The translations under genes were made by a program, and so were the position numbers. Of a stretch of 64,000 bases of DNA, positions 36,504-49,081 are shown piece by piece. The notes under the pieces were generated by a model. That model worked only from the letters and a program-made list of their open reading frames with translations, did no database searches and was not told the DNA's origin. Numbering within the stretch: the first letter of the stretch is position 1; every line of letters starts with the position of its first letter. Origin of the DNA: Callorhinchus milii. Lineage: Eukaryota. The stretch is from assembly GCF_018977255.1 (NCBI RefSeq), contig NW_024704742.1, positions 97,776,001 to 97,840,000 of the forward strand, written 5' to 3'.

Positions 36504-38625
36504 GTTTTTTTCCATTGAATTTCCCAATCTTCAAAATGGCTGATAATCTTTCTAGTCTTAAAAAGTTCTGATGCTTTAAACCAGTGCAAGACGTCCCCCC
36601 CCACTCTCCGAACATTTGCATTAGTGTAGGTAAGACAAGTCCTTGTTCAATCAATAGTACATTTTCATTTTCTTCTTGATTGAATATTTCTTGATTTATT
36701 CCATAAATCTAGAAATATTCAATCAAGAGCATTTATTTTGTTGGCAGAACAAAAAGGTTGGCTACCACTGCTGTAAACCAATTCTCTATTCGCCTCTAGT
36801 ACTGCAAGCTGTAAAACTAAAGTCACAATTGGGATCCAAAGTATACATATTTTGTATGTGATTAAATTGAATATGAACCCAAGCTTTACAGTGTAGCCCC
36901 ATTGCAAAGAAACATTCAGTTTTCCGCCTAGTAGATAATTCAACAAGAATTTTCCGCCAGGACAATATCATATCACCATTTTTCTCCATTGTTACCCTGA
37001 GGTTTACAAAACAAATAATCCAAACGGTATCCTCAGCCACTTGGTTTCCCACACTTGGCCACAGCAGAAAGCTGTGCGAGAGGATCTTCAGAATCCGCCA
37101 TACAATACCTTTCTTCTTTTCTGCGTGTTAAAGCATTAGAGTTTCGACCATGTGTAACAGGCAAGTCACCAAACGTTGTCCCACTGCACTAGTTGCACAA
37201 CGCATTTACATTGACCAAGTTAAAAGATCTAACAACTTACATTTGGATAGCTTCTTTCACTCCAAATCCCTGGACAGTCAGGAATCCACACTCAAGCTGG
37301 TGGTCGGGATCAGGAGGGGTGGAGGTCGAGGAGGGTAGGGGTAGGAGGGTGACCAAAGTCAGGGTTGAAGTGGATATAAAGTGGCTCCAATATTCACATT
37401 CAACAGCACCTTGTGTGGCATTAAGTACACAGAGGTAGAAGATGCAGTTATAAAACTGCACACAATGCAACGTGAAACATCAGAATGGTTTAGATGCTAT
37501 GGCAGCAATGTCAGTCTGTTAATCTTCAAGAATAGTGGATATCAAGAGGCTGTGGGGGGTTTTTGAGTGGGGGGGAAGAACAAGAGGAGGCTAGGTACAA
37601 TATGTCTCCTGAAAAAAACATGTTTGGGAGGGAAAAAGCAGTCACTTCAATTGCATATGCAGAGTAAATGGATAGGTATGAGAAGAGTCAATGCTTTAAC
37701 CAAATTCTGTATAATAATTTTTTAAGAAAAAGTGAAATGTTTTAAGTGGCTACGAATCCCAGCCTTGCCAGGAAAAGCAGGATCTTAAAGGTCGAGTTCA
37801 CATTAGGAAATAGAGTTGAACTAAAATCCAGACAACATCCAGTGCTGTATAATGAGGGAGTTGCTATTCTCGTGGTTTTACGAGGCTAAGATGAAAATAA
37901 GGAGCTGTAAAACCATAACCATTCTTCGTATTTTCAATTTTTGGAATCAGTATAGATTCTCACCAGGCTTTTTCTGAGATTAGCATAAATATCTTGGCTC
38001 AACACTGATTTCAAGCACCCCATGTAAGATGACAGGCAGCTACATGGAAGACACGGGCAAGTGTCCAAACCGCAGGGAGAGACATCTATAGACTGCCTGA
38101 AACATATCAGAATGAGAGGATGTTCAAGTCCCATGGCAACACAGACACATTCTTGGAGAAAAATTGTCTTTCAAGAAGAGTATTTGCATCTGTGTAAGCA
38201 ACATCCATCAGTCCAAATCCATCACTGTCGTCAGTGATAGCATTTCAAGGGAAATACAGCATAATTTAACATTAATAAAGGATTCGTAACAGTAGTTCAC
38301 TCTATTCATTTAGATAACTGGAAAAGTTATTGCAATATTCTAGCTGCTTTAACCATTCTGGGATTTTCAGCCACAATAGTTAGGAAGCATAATAGTAAAT
38401 AGCCAATTTGCTTTTTTAGAAAAGGCACACTCATGCCACCTGCCCGCTTTGTTCCACCATCACTGGGTGATTTTTCCAATTCTCTGGAACTTGCTTCCTA
38501 AATCCTTCTACCTCTAACAATCCCACCAACCTCAAAACCCATCTTAAAAACCCTCTGACAGTGTCTTCGGCTCTGCTATCCTACCACCCTCCCCCATCTT
38601 CCTAAATACCTTCCATACCCATCCC

Positions 38626-38943
38626 ATTGTGGAGTTCTGTAACTCAGTGGTTAGAGCACTCGCTTTGCAAGCGAGAGACCCGAGTTCAATTCCAGGCAGG
38701 ACGAAATCTTGGGCAAGTTTCCTTACTCCACACGCCTAATAATAATCCCTCCAAAACCAAAAACAATAATAAATTGGTCATTTTCAATCTACGACTGTTT
38801 GTGGGACACTGCTGTGCGCAATTGGCTGCCGCGTTCGCCCACAAATATACAGTCAATTCACTTTACAGTGTGTTCTGTGAAGCGCTTTGGGACGTCCTCC
38901 CGACGTGAAAGGCGCTATATCAAATGCAAGGATTATTATTATT
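38626..38943 (+). mobile_element. Young short-form tRNA-SINE inserted into an old L2 3' end (about 38440-39030)
   Basis: Near-identical to the other young copies; ATCCC repeated at 38621-38625 and 38944-38948. Confidence 0.92.
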
Positions 38944-39449
38944 ATCCCTGCTATCTCCCCACTCAGTCTCTGCAAAAGCACCTCGAAGACTTTTCTATGT
39001 GAAAGGTGCTTTGTAAGTGTATGTTGTTGTGGTTAACAAGCATTTTAACATAATTAATACTTATTTTGATACCTTGAATGGCAATACGTAACCATCACAC
39101 CTCAACCAAATAATTACATCACAGCCCTTGGACCTTGATGGGTAGTTACAACAATAACACACCCATTCAGGGTTGCGTTCTGGTTGTAAATCTGTTCCAG
39201 AATGGAACTATTACACTGGAATATAATGTGCCATCCAAATACACAACATAAAAAAGAAAGTGATTAGTTATAATCTGGCAACATGGCCCAATCACGGCTA
39301 GCAACACATGTGCCATCGATCTTTGATCCTACAATAAAACTCCACCCTGCTTAAAAATCATATCCAGCTGACGAGACCTGAAAGCCCGCACGGCCTAACC
39401 CTTTCCAATGAGCAGATGCTTCATAAAAACTGACTTCAGTCTGCTTCTA

Positions 39450-40002
39450 TCACGTTCAGGCTTGACTGTGCCAACTCTCCCCTCCACAAGCTGCAGACTA
39501 TTCAAAACTCAATAGTTCGAGTCCTCTACTGCACCAGGCTCTACAAGCCTATCACTCCCATCCTCGCTTGGCTCCAGAGGATAGAGTTCAAGATGCTAGT
39601 CCTCACTTTTAAATCCCTGCACGATCTTGCCACACCCTAGTTCTGACCTAACAAACTACCAAACACCACTAACCCCCACCCGTTCCATCCATTCAGTAGG
39701 TACTGATCTATTTCACGTCCCTCGTCCTACCACCATCAGCAGTTAAGCCTCCAGAATTATATAGCCACTCTCTGGAACACCATTCCATAGTCCTTGAGCA
39801 ATGTTCCTGAGCAGCACCGCTTCCTTCATCTCCTTCAAGTTTCATCTCAAGACTTTCCTCTTTGACCGCATCTTCAGGCATCTTTCCATCCCCACGGCTT
39901 CCACCCCTCCTGAATCCAACCCCCAGCTCAGGTACAAACCCTCAGCATCTTGGGAGGTCCCTGCGATGTGAAAGGCGCTTTAGAAATGCAATCTGCTGTT
40001 GT
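39450..40002 (+). mobile_element. Diverged L2 3' fragment
   Basis: CTCCACAAGCTGCAGACTATTCAAAACTC...AGAGGATAGAGTTCAAGATGCTAGTCCTCAC...CTCTTTGACCGCATCTTC...GTGAAAGGCGCT. Confidence 0.8.
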
Positions 40003-40521
40003 TAAAAACTATTATTTGTCAAAACAGTTATTTATGGAAAAAAATTCACAGAATTAAGACAGATTTTTTTGAGAAAAGCACAATGCCTCATGAGGTCATC
40101 ACATCTGTCAAATGTAGAGCTAAAAAAAGCACTTACTCCATTCTAAAAGTGTGCTTTAACCCAAGCCTCAGAAAGCATCCCTCTACCTTCTGCTCTTCGA
40201 CAGTGTGACACGTCAATTAGAGGTCTAATAAAATAATAATTCTTAGATTTAACACAATTTTCTGTAAAGTGCAGTGATAGTAATAATATTCCTTGCATTT
40301 GATATAGTGCCTGATCAGGTCTTCGAGCTGTCTCAAAGCGCTTCACAAAATATACTGTAAAGTGAATTGGCTATTGTTTGTGGATGAGGAGTAGGCTAGT
40401 GCAATTTTCACACAACAATGCTCACAAACTGTCTAATTTAACTGAAGATGAGATGACTATCTAATATAACTGTCTAATTTAACTGAAGACATGTTGGCCA
40501 CAACACTAGAAGAAACTCCCT

Positions 40522-40965
40522 TCGAATTCAAGATCCTCATCCTCACCTACAAGGCCATTCACGGACTTGCTCCCTCCTACCTCTCCGACCTACTATCCCC
40601 CTACCTACCTGCCCGTACCCTCCGTTCCTCTGGCTCCGGTCTGCTCCACATCCCCCGCCCCAACCGCCCTACCATCGGTGGCCGGGCCTTCAGCCTCTCA
40701 GCCCCTAGGCTCTGGAACTCCATCCCCCAGTGCCTTCGCCTTGCTTCCTCCCTCTCCTCCTTCAAGGCCGGTCTCAAGACCTTTCTCTTTGACCGTGCCT
40801 TCAGTTCCCCTCTCGACTCTCTACCCCCTCCTCGCTCCCTCCCTTCTCTCCCCTCACCCCGACCATTTCCCCCTTGCTCGGGTCCTGACCCAACTGTACA
40901 GCGCCTTGGGACGTCCTCCCGACGTGAAAGGCGCTCAATAAATGGAATCTTATTGTTGTTGTTGT
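40522..40965 (+). mobile_element. Young 5'-truncated L2
   Basis: ORF 40491..41003 EFKILILTYKAIHGLAPSYLSDLL...GGRAFSLSAPRLWNSIP...KTFLFDRAF; CTCCC-loop tail; (TTG)n. Confidence 0.92.
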
Positions 40966-41098
40966 CTTTGAGCAGTGCTGAGGGTTCTTTAATATCCACC
41001 TGAACAAGCAGATAAGACCTTTTATTTAATATCTTATCCGAAAGCCATTGCTTCTTACGCAATGGTTCAACAGAATGCCAGGTGATACCATGCGATCC

Positions 41099-41960
41099 AA
41101 ACAACAACAACAAAATTACATTTGTATAGCGCCTTTCATGTCAGGAGGACGTCCCAAGGCTCTAGACAGACAAAGTTATGGACCCGAGCTGGGGGTCGGG
41201 GTGGGGGAGGGTGGAGGGCAAGGGGGGGAAGCAGGGAGATCAAAAGTATGGTCGGGCGAAAAGGAGGGTCTTGAGATGGGTCTTGAAGGTGGCGAGACGG
41301 AGGGACTGCGGAATGGAGTTCCAGAGGGTGGGTGCAGAGTGGCGGAAGGCCCGCCCGTTAATAGTGGGTCGAGCAGGCAGGGAACCTGAAGCAAGCCGGA
41401 GCCCGTTGAGCGAACAGGATAGTAGTGGGTTAGGAGGTCGGAGAGGTAGGGGGAGCAAGACCGTGGAGGGCATTGAAGGTGAGGACCAGGATCGTGATAT
41501 TGTAGTGTCCAACTCCACTGGCTTCCCATCCTCTGTGTGATGGGAAGCCAGTGGAGTTGGACAAGGATGGAAGTGATAGGGTCACGGAGCCTAGTGCGGG
41601 CGAGGACACGGGCTGCAGAGTTCTGGATGATCTGCAGCCTATGGAGGGATAAGTTGGGGAGGCTGACAAGCAATGAGTTAGCATAGTCGAGCCACGATGT
41701 AATGAAAGCATGTATGAGGGTTTCGGCGGCCTGCGGTGTGAGACAGTGTGGGAGCCGGGCGACGTTGCAGAGATAAGGGAAGGCAGAGCAGATCATGATG
41801 CAGATGTGGGGTAGAAAGAATAGTTGAGAGTCAAACAAGACCCCAAGTTTCCAGACTGGCTTAGCAAGGTGGAGTGTGCAACTATGGATGGTGATGCTGT
41901 CAGCGTCTGAGGTGAGGAGGCGCTGACTGGAGCCAATCAGGAGAGCCTTGGTCTAGTTGA
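41099..41960 (-). mobile_element. L2 fragment (about 860 bp) carrying an internal inverted duplication
   Basis: ORF 41176..41838 FDSQLFFLPHI...AAETLIHAFITSWLDYANS...IIQNSAARVL...QLHWLP. Confidence 0.88.
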
Positions 41961-44744
41961 CATCCAGGATTTCGATCTCTGACCCCAGAAGCAGGAATTG
42001 AACCAACAACCTTCTGACGCAGAGACGATAGTTTAACCAACTGACCCAAACTTAGATTCCAGGATTCTCAAATTAGTTATGATCATTGCAATTTCTAGTT
42101 GGCAAATCACGATTTTGAGATGTAAGCTTCACCTCCCCCTATTTCACCCCATTCTACCAAATATACCTTCTTTTCAATCCTTAAATTCAGCACAAAGTGT
42201 GTGCAAAAAAACTAAAACAGAAAATACCAACTGCAATTTTGATTTCCAATTTGCATTTATAGAAAAACAAGAAGGACTAAGATACATAGTGAAGAACACA
42301 AAAGATTGACAAAAAATAAAAGGGTCAACAGTAGGAATTCACTGACAAAATACAGTCACTCCGCTTTGCAATATCCTGTGAAACACGTTTAGACATCCTT
42401 ATGTGAAGACCCCCTGCATCAAATCCAAAGATTATTACCACTGGAAGTTTGAGTTAATTTCAACATTTACATAGATCACATATTCATCAATATTTATCAA
42501 ATTGATAAACACGAGACAGAATAGTGAATATTCAACACAGTGAAAATCCGGGGGCAAAGGCGAGGACATTTTTAGAATGGCATATTTGGAGCCCAGAAGA
42601 AATTAAAGGAAAGTTCAGAAGAGCACTGGCCATATAAGTTTTGATACAGAGAAATGAAGCTAAAAGGTTACAGTGTAAATATGAAGGGGTGATGACTCAT
42701 CAGATAACAAGCCTTTCTTGAGTGGTGTTCAGGTATAACAGAGTGACAAAAGGAACATTCCCCATGATAGGAATAATACAAACTCAGGTGGAATTGGATA
42801 GGTGATAGATGAGAGCTCTCTCAAAATAAATAGGGATGTCAAAATAGGCATGAGATGGGGTAACAGTTGAGCCATCTAATAAACCAGCAGAAGTATCAGT
42901 TGATTTGCCTGTCAGATAGTATGTACAATCCACTCAGAAAGCAGGAAGTAAATATCCAAGAGCCACACACAGGGACAATTCTCCTTCATACATTTTTTGC
43001 AAATCTACTAGTGGGATATGCCAGTTGCTGCAAGCTTGCATCTGCCCACCCACGCAAAAATTATGATGATCTGCAAGCAAAATGACTTGTTCCACTGGAT
43101 TAGGTCAAGAAATGAATTTTAACAGGAGTGAGGTTCAGGCATCGTCAATGCTGCAATCCTCTGGGAATGAGAAAAACAACGTACATTTGAGAAATTTACA
43201 TATCCCAGATTCTAATCACAATCAGTTTAAAAGAAGTACAAGAATACAAACAATTGCCATCAATTGTGAACTTGGGGGAATTTACTCTGAACAGCTCATT
43301 GATTATAGATTAACAACCTTCACACATGGGAAACACTGAAGTTCCTGACAACAGCATAACTGCTCCAATATCATTACTGTTCAGTGCCAACAACATTAGA
43401 GTTAAACACCATTCAAACAACAATCATCTTTCTATTTCCCGGTACATCATTTTGGCTTAGTTGACACCGCGTATCTCTGGGTTAGGTCAACTGTTCAAAC
43501 TGCACACCAAGGACATACTAAGCTTGTAAACCAGTCTCACACTTCAAGACAGTAGAAAGCTGCATCATTGATGGAGTCATCCTTCAAATAGGAACTTACT
43601 GTGGCTGGCTCACATTAACTACCCAGTCTCATGCCTGTCAAAATTTGATTTCACCAAAATAGCTATCCAAATCCCACTTGAATTCAGATGAATTCTCCAG
43701 AGAAGCAGTAGAGGCAGAATGACGATCAGCCTCTGCTGCCTTTCTGGAAAGTTCATCTGACATATTCACCACTTAATACATGAATCTGAATTGTCCCTCT
43801 TCAAAGCTCAACATTTAATCTCTGCCAGCCAGGTCTATACCTGTTCAGATAGATGCTAAAGATCCCAAGCCACCAGATCAAAGAACAGAGTAATCCCAGT
43901 GTCATGGCCCCATCCAAATTCATGAAGTCAGATTGTTAATCATTTCACTATTTTAGGATATTGTTGCACCAGTTTAGAGCTACACAAGTCTATTTGTCTG
44001 CAGAACCATTACTAATTTATTTTATTATTGTTAATGTTGAACTTACCTTAAAATCAGAACTAAAATAGTTAAAACTGAGGTCAGGGAGTATTTTGTCCCC
44101 CACAGAGGGCTGTAAAAAGGTGAAACACTCTACCCCAGAAGCTGTAGAAGCAGAATCAGGAGGAATGTTTAAAAGAGCGATAGATACTTTGGTTGTAAGG
44201 TTACAAATGGGTATGGCAAAGGGTATTAAAAGATTTGTCAAGATCAAATCTGGTGGAACAAGCTCAATAGGCTGAATGGTTTCTTCATGTTTCAGTTTTC
44301 CAGATTATTATTGTTATTAAATGTTATGGTAATATTAAATGCAAGTATTTCACATTTCTCGTACACCTAGGAATGAGCGCCAATATAACTTTCTACTGTC
44401 CACTATCATTGTTACTTCATGCACTATACACTGACAGTAGGAAAACTAATATTCAAGAAATGTCTATGGCAGTGATGTGGCTTGTTATTTTCTATAGGAA
44501 ATGTGTTAGATAGTGGTGCTGCAGACAAAAAACACTTTTAAACTTTTTTAATATAACGTCTGTTTTTCTAAATCTGCAAATGTGGCCCACAAAATTGCTG
44601 TCCTGCAACTGCTGCAATTGCTCTGCTCCTTCAATAACAAGTACGTACTCAATTCCTTGATTTCAGATTCTAAGAAAAAACAGCAGCAACGACACATGTA
44701 CTGACAAGCACAAGTTGTATATAAAACGCATAATACTACAGATG

Positions 44745-44835
44745 AATGGTAATGGACCCAAAACATTAACCCACTTTTCTTTCTCCATAGGTGCTGCCTG
44801 ACGTGCTGAGTGTTCCCAGTGATCTCTGTTTTTGT
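44745..44835 (+). mobile_element. Possible Penelope-like pseudo-LTR relic
   Basis: AAACATTAAC...TTTCTCCATAGGTGCTGCCTGACGTGCTGAGTGTTCCCAG...CTGTTTTTGT resembles, from memory, the common chondrichthyan Penelope repeat. A more decayed reverse copy may lie at about 54300-54385. Confidence 0.5.
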
Positions 44836-44978
44836 ACCAAGTCATACAAGCATTTTTAACAGGTTCTCTTTAGCCATTTCACAAAGACAAGACAACTTTG
44901 ACATTAATTTTAAAGTATACTTCGGATTTTTCTACTGTAATACAGGGATCCTTTTTAAAGGGCAAGATGGCTTTACTT

Positions 44979-45290
44979 ATAATAATAATCCTTGCATTTG
45001 ATATAGCGCTTTTCATGTCTTCTAGACGTCTCAAAGTGCTTCACAGAACATATTGTAAAGTGAATTGACTGTATATTTGTGGTCGAAACGTGACAGCCAA
45101 TTGCACACAGCAGTGTCCCACAAACAGTCATGGATTGAATGATTAATCTATTATTAGTTTTTTTGTTGAGGGATTATTATCAGGAATGTGGAGTAAAGGA
45201 AACTTGCCCAAGATTTTGCCCTGCCGGGAATTGAAGCCAGGTCTCTCAATTGCGAGATGAGTGCTCTATCCACTGAGTTACAGAACTCCA
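44979..45290 (-). mobile_element. Short-form tRNA-SINE, older loop variant (TAGAA)
   Basis: Full head-to-tail similarity to 17334-17649 with more substitutions. Confidence 0.88.
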
Positions 45291-46884
45291 TTTATCATGC
45301 AGTTGGGGTGTGAAACATTTACTTACTCCAAAAAAATGCAAATTGTGCATGCCAGTTTGATCAATACGAACATAGCAGCCCATTTCCAGATAGCAATTTT
45401 CCACAAACAAACTTGAAGCGATTGGCCAATTATATTTGGGGAATTGTTGGTCAGACAGGACACCTGGAGAAACAGTCTTTTCTTTTTGAATAGTGCCATG
45501 GGATCTTTAATAACTAACCTATCATCTCACTCTAAGAATGGGTTATATATAATATATTTTAAAAAATCATGCAGCATTGAGGAAAGGAGCTTGCTTCAGT
45601 CTGGATATGAAGTCTCATCCACAATAAGGAAAACATAAAAATAAGTACAGCTCTGCAAATTGTCAAATGGAAACTTGAAAACTAGCATCAACAGTAACGA
45701 TATCAAACAATCCTTCAAACTACAGGGAGGTGGAAGGGAAATAAAACCCACATTAGGACTTCAACGGATGTGCTAGAGCGGGCAATTAACTTTTAAATGC
45801 ACTTGCTAACTCCAGGTGAGCACAAGGCCTGATCCAATTAACTTGCATTTCAGAATCCATTGGGATTGCACTAAAATGACATTCCCGCATCAACCATAAA
45901 AAGCCACTGAGCAATTCATAGAACTGCTCACCTGGAAGAACATTTTTTAAAAAAATTAAGTCGAATACAGATCACGAATGGTAGTGAGCAAAATATTAGG
46001 GATCACTATCAACTGAATTGCAAAACTGAAGTGACAACTTTTTTTATGTATACAATTTATATAAAAGATACTATCCATGCACTGAAAGACAAACTGGCCT
46101 ATCTATACATCACTGACTCTGAGAAGCCAGTCAGCATTTGTTATATAACTTTATAGAGCTAACTTAATGGTTCAGCAGGTTTATCCATTTTGCAGTTAAG
46201 CTATAAAGGCCAAGAATGTCCCAGATTCCACTTTAGGAACAGCACAAACTGCCTCAGTGCCCCAGGGTAGGGGGAGAAAAACAATGGAGGAGAAAAATCA
46301 GTCCGAATTCCCGTTTGACTCATTAGTGACCTTTCTACGAACCACTCCCCTCCCCCCAGGCCCATGATTAACAGTCAGTCAAGATTCAATGCAAGTTCGC
46401 CTGCTTCCCCTCTCGAGTCAAGAAATGCTGTAGAGGAAATGTAATGAAATGTAATCACGTTCGCAGAGTGAATGTCTACAATTGCCCTGGAGATAAAAAT
46501 GACTGATGACTAATGTAACCTGGGCTTCCTACAGATCCAATGATTACTTGTAAAAACACTCAGCATGAGAGACCAAATAATGAGTATAGGCAGCGAGCAG
46601 GAGAGTGGGGTTATACTAAGGGGCTCATGTGACAAAAACCTCTAGGCTTGATGGACCAAAAGGCCTGCTGCAATATTATGTCAATTCAGCACATAATATT
46701 TTTGTTTCAGCAACTACATCACAGCAAAAGGTATAGAGATGAAAAAGTATTGCAATGCTTAGAGCTATTTAAATCTTTACTTTTGTATTTGAATGTTGAC
46801 TCAAAGTTCCAGCCATCTCCATTGTCAACCACCAGGGCAGGCCCCTAAAAGGTTTATTTACACAATTTTCAGGAGATAAAGCTT

Positions 46885-47300
46885 TCAGCCTGGCTCAGCT
46901 GGAAACATTCTTGCCCCCTAGTCAGAAAATTATAACTTCAAGCTCCGCATTGTGACTTTGAATTCACGCAGTCAAGCTCCCACTGTTGGGAGAGCACTGG
47001 ACTGTCGCTGGTGCCGTCCTTCTCACAAGACATTAAGCTGAGGTCTTGTCTGCCAATTAAACTCCATGGTACATTTGAAAAGAGAAGGGAGTTTCTCCCA
47101 TTGTCCCGGCCAGCAATCCCCCAAGTAAAGCTGCTCATTCGCCTCACGGGCATTTGTGGGACACTGCTGTGTGCAAAACTGGCTACCTCATTTGCCAACA
47201 AATAAAGTCACTGCACTTTACAGTAAAATCCTGTAAAGTGCTTCAAGATATCCTCCTGATAATGAAAGGCATTAGTTCAATTGCAAGGAATATTATTAAT
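46885..47300 (+). mobile_element. Old Deu-domain SINE
   Basis: TGGCTCAGCTGG...AGTCAGAA...GTGCCGTCCTTC...CCATGGTACATTTGAA...GGGAGTTTCTCCC...TTTGTGGGACACTGCTGTGTGCAAAACTGGCT. Confidence 0.75.
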
Positions 47301-49081
47301 AATATTACTGTTAATAAAGGTAAAAAAAGCAATAAAGTAACTGCACAATGAATTCACAGTGCCCAGAAGATCTGAGTTTTGGCAGTAAAGAATTATAACC
47401 CTTAAGATACATCAGCCCAAATAATTCCTTCATAATCTAACCATTTGCTCCAAAGAAACATTAGCATGCAAGTCAGCATTTGCCACCTATTTCTCCAAAT
47501 TCATTCTCTGTAATAACTAAAGCTCTTTATGGCACTGGCCTAATTTTAAGTACAGTGGGATGTTTTTCAGAACCACATCCACAGCTGAAAGCCACCTTCC
47601 CCTGGGTACACAAAAGAGAGAGAGCTCCAGCTCAAGATTGTGTTTGGATTGGTTTGGACACAGAGGTCGGAGACCACATTGAATATTTGGCAAGACTCCC
47701 CCCTGGCACAGAAATCAACCATCATGCAACAACTATGACTGTAATGATAGCATGCTTCCCAGACACAATGACCAAACATCCAAAGTCTCAATAACTCCCT
47801 AGGAGTTAGAAAACCACATCTAAGTAGTCTACGTTAGCCGTACAGTGTTCAGACTTTACTGCTCTCCCCCATATTGTTACATAGAAACACATAAATTACA
47901 TAGAAATGCATAAATTACACAGACACGAAAACAGACCTACGCATCCATGCTGACGTTTATACGTCATACAAGCCCCGTTCTTTCCTATTCGCTTCTCCTA
48001 TACGCCCCTTCCTGGATTATTTTTTTCTTAACTGTGATACGGATCCATGAGCCATTATTCATTGGCAATTTATTTGATAAAGAGCGCCTTGTGGCCATTG
48101 AACCGCAAAGGAAGGGAGGGAGGGAAAACAGACATCAACTGATCCATTCCTCACCCTAGCTTCACACACACTTCCAGCTGTAGTGAGCAGGAGTGTGAAT
48201 CCTGTTGATTAATCTCACTATAACCCAGCGCTTGACACAGATCCCAAGTTCTAACACAGATAAAGAAAGGAAATACTGGGCATGAACCTATGATACAAGT
48301 CTGACTTAACCATGCAGGTGGGGGGCCTAGTAAGTGATAAAGTGATTCCAACCGGTGAGAACTTTATTGCAGCAAGTGGTGATTAAACACTTTTCTGGCC
48401 ACCAGCAGAGTGAACTTTCAGCTCCCCCCACCCCCCCCTCCCACACACACGCACATTGTTGGCCAGTATTGATCTTCTCATGCCAGGAAACCAAAACACT
48501 GTTTTTAAATTATTGCCCTAGGTACCAAAGGCCTTGTGGCTGAGACGCCACAAAATACCCCAACTGTTTAAATGGGTGAACTTATTAACAGATCCAACAG
48601 CTTGGTGTGTTGCAGGGATAGTTCAGCTTGAAGCAGATTTACAGTTACCATGGAATTACCCTTGTACCAATGCCTTCCGGGAAGGAGAAATTAAATAGTT
48701 GAGGAAAAAGTACAATATTCATTTCAGCTCGGATGAAAGAATACCATTGTCATGACTTATAATAAATAATAATCCTTGCATTTGATATAGTGCCTTATCA
48801 TGTCTTCGAGACATCTCAAAGCGTTTGATAGGATATACTGTAAAGTGAATTGACTACATATATTGTGTAGGCAACATAGTTAAGAGAAGGTGGTGAAGTC
48901 TGGGATACGTTTACCGGAAGATATGCAGACGTGTTTAAACTTCTCCTAGCAGGTTTAATAAATAATTTACCTTTTTTAACACTGCAGACATAGGAAAAAC
49001 ATTTTGCAATATAATTTACAGTTGTATCATTGACTCTTGGATTGGAGCGGCAGATTTGCACCAGTGATACCTCACAATATG

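Larger units (their letters stand above)
40278..42045 (-). mobile_element. Old Deu-SINE split into three pieces (40278-40521, 40966-41045, about 41985-42045) by two L2 insertions
   Basis: Tail at 40278; AGAAACTCCCT|...|CTTTGAGCAGTGC...TAATATCCACCTGAAC resumes after the L2; head AACAACCTTCTGACGCAGAG at about 42005. Confidence 0.6.

Noticed and set aside
38627..38700. tRNA-Ala(TGC) gene (also at 8960-9030, 16070-16140, 49345-49416)
   Set aside because: Each tRNA-like head continues into a SINE body and tail, so these are SINE promoters.
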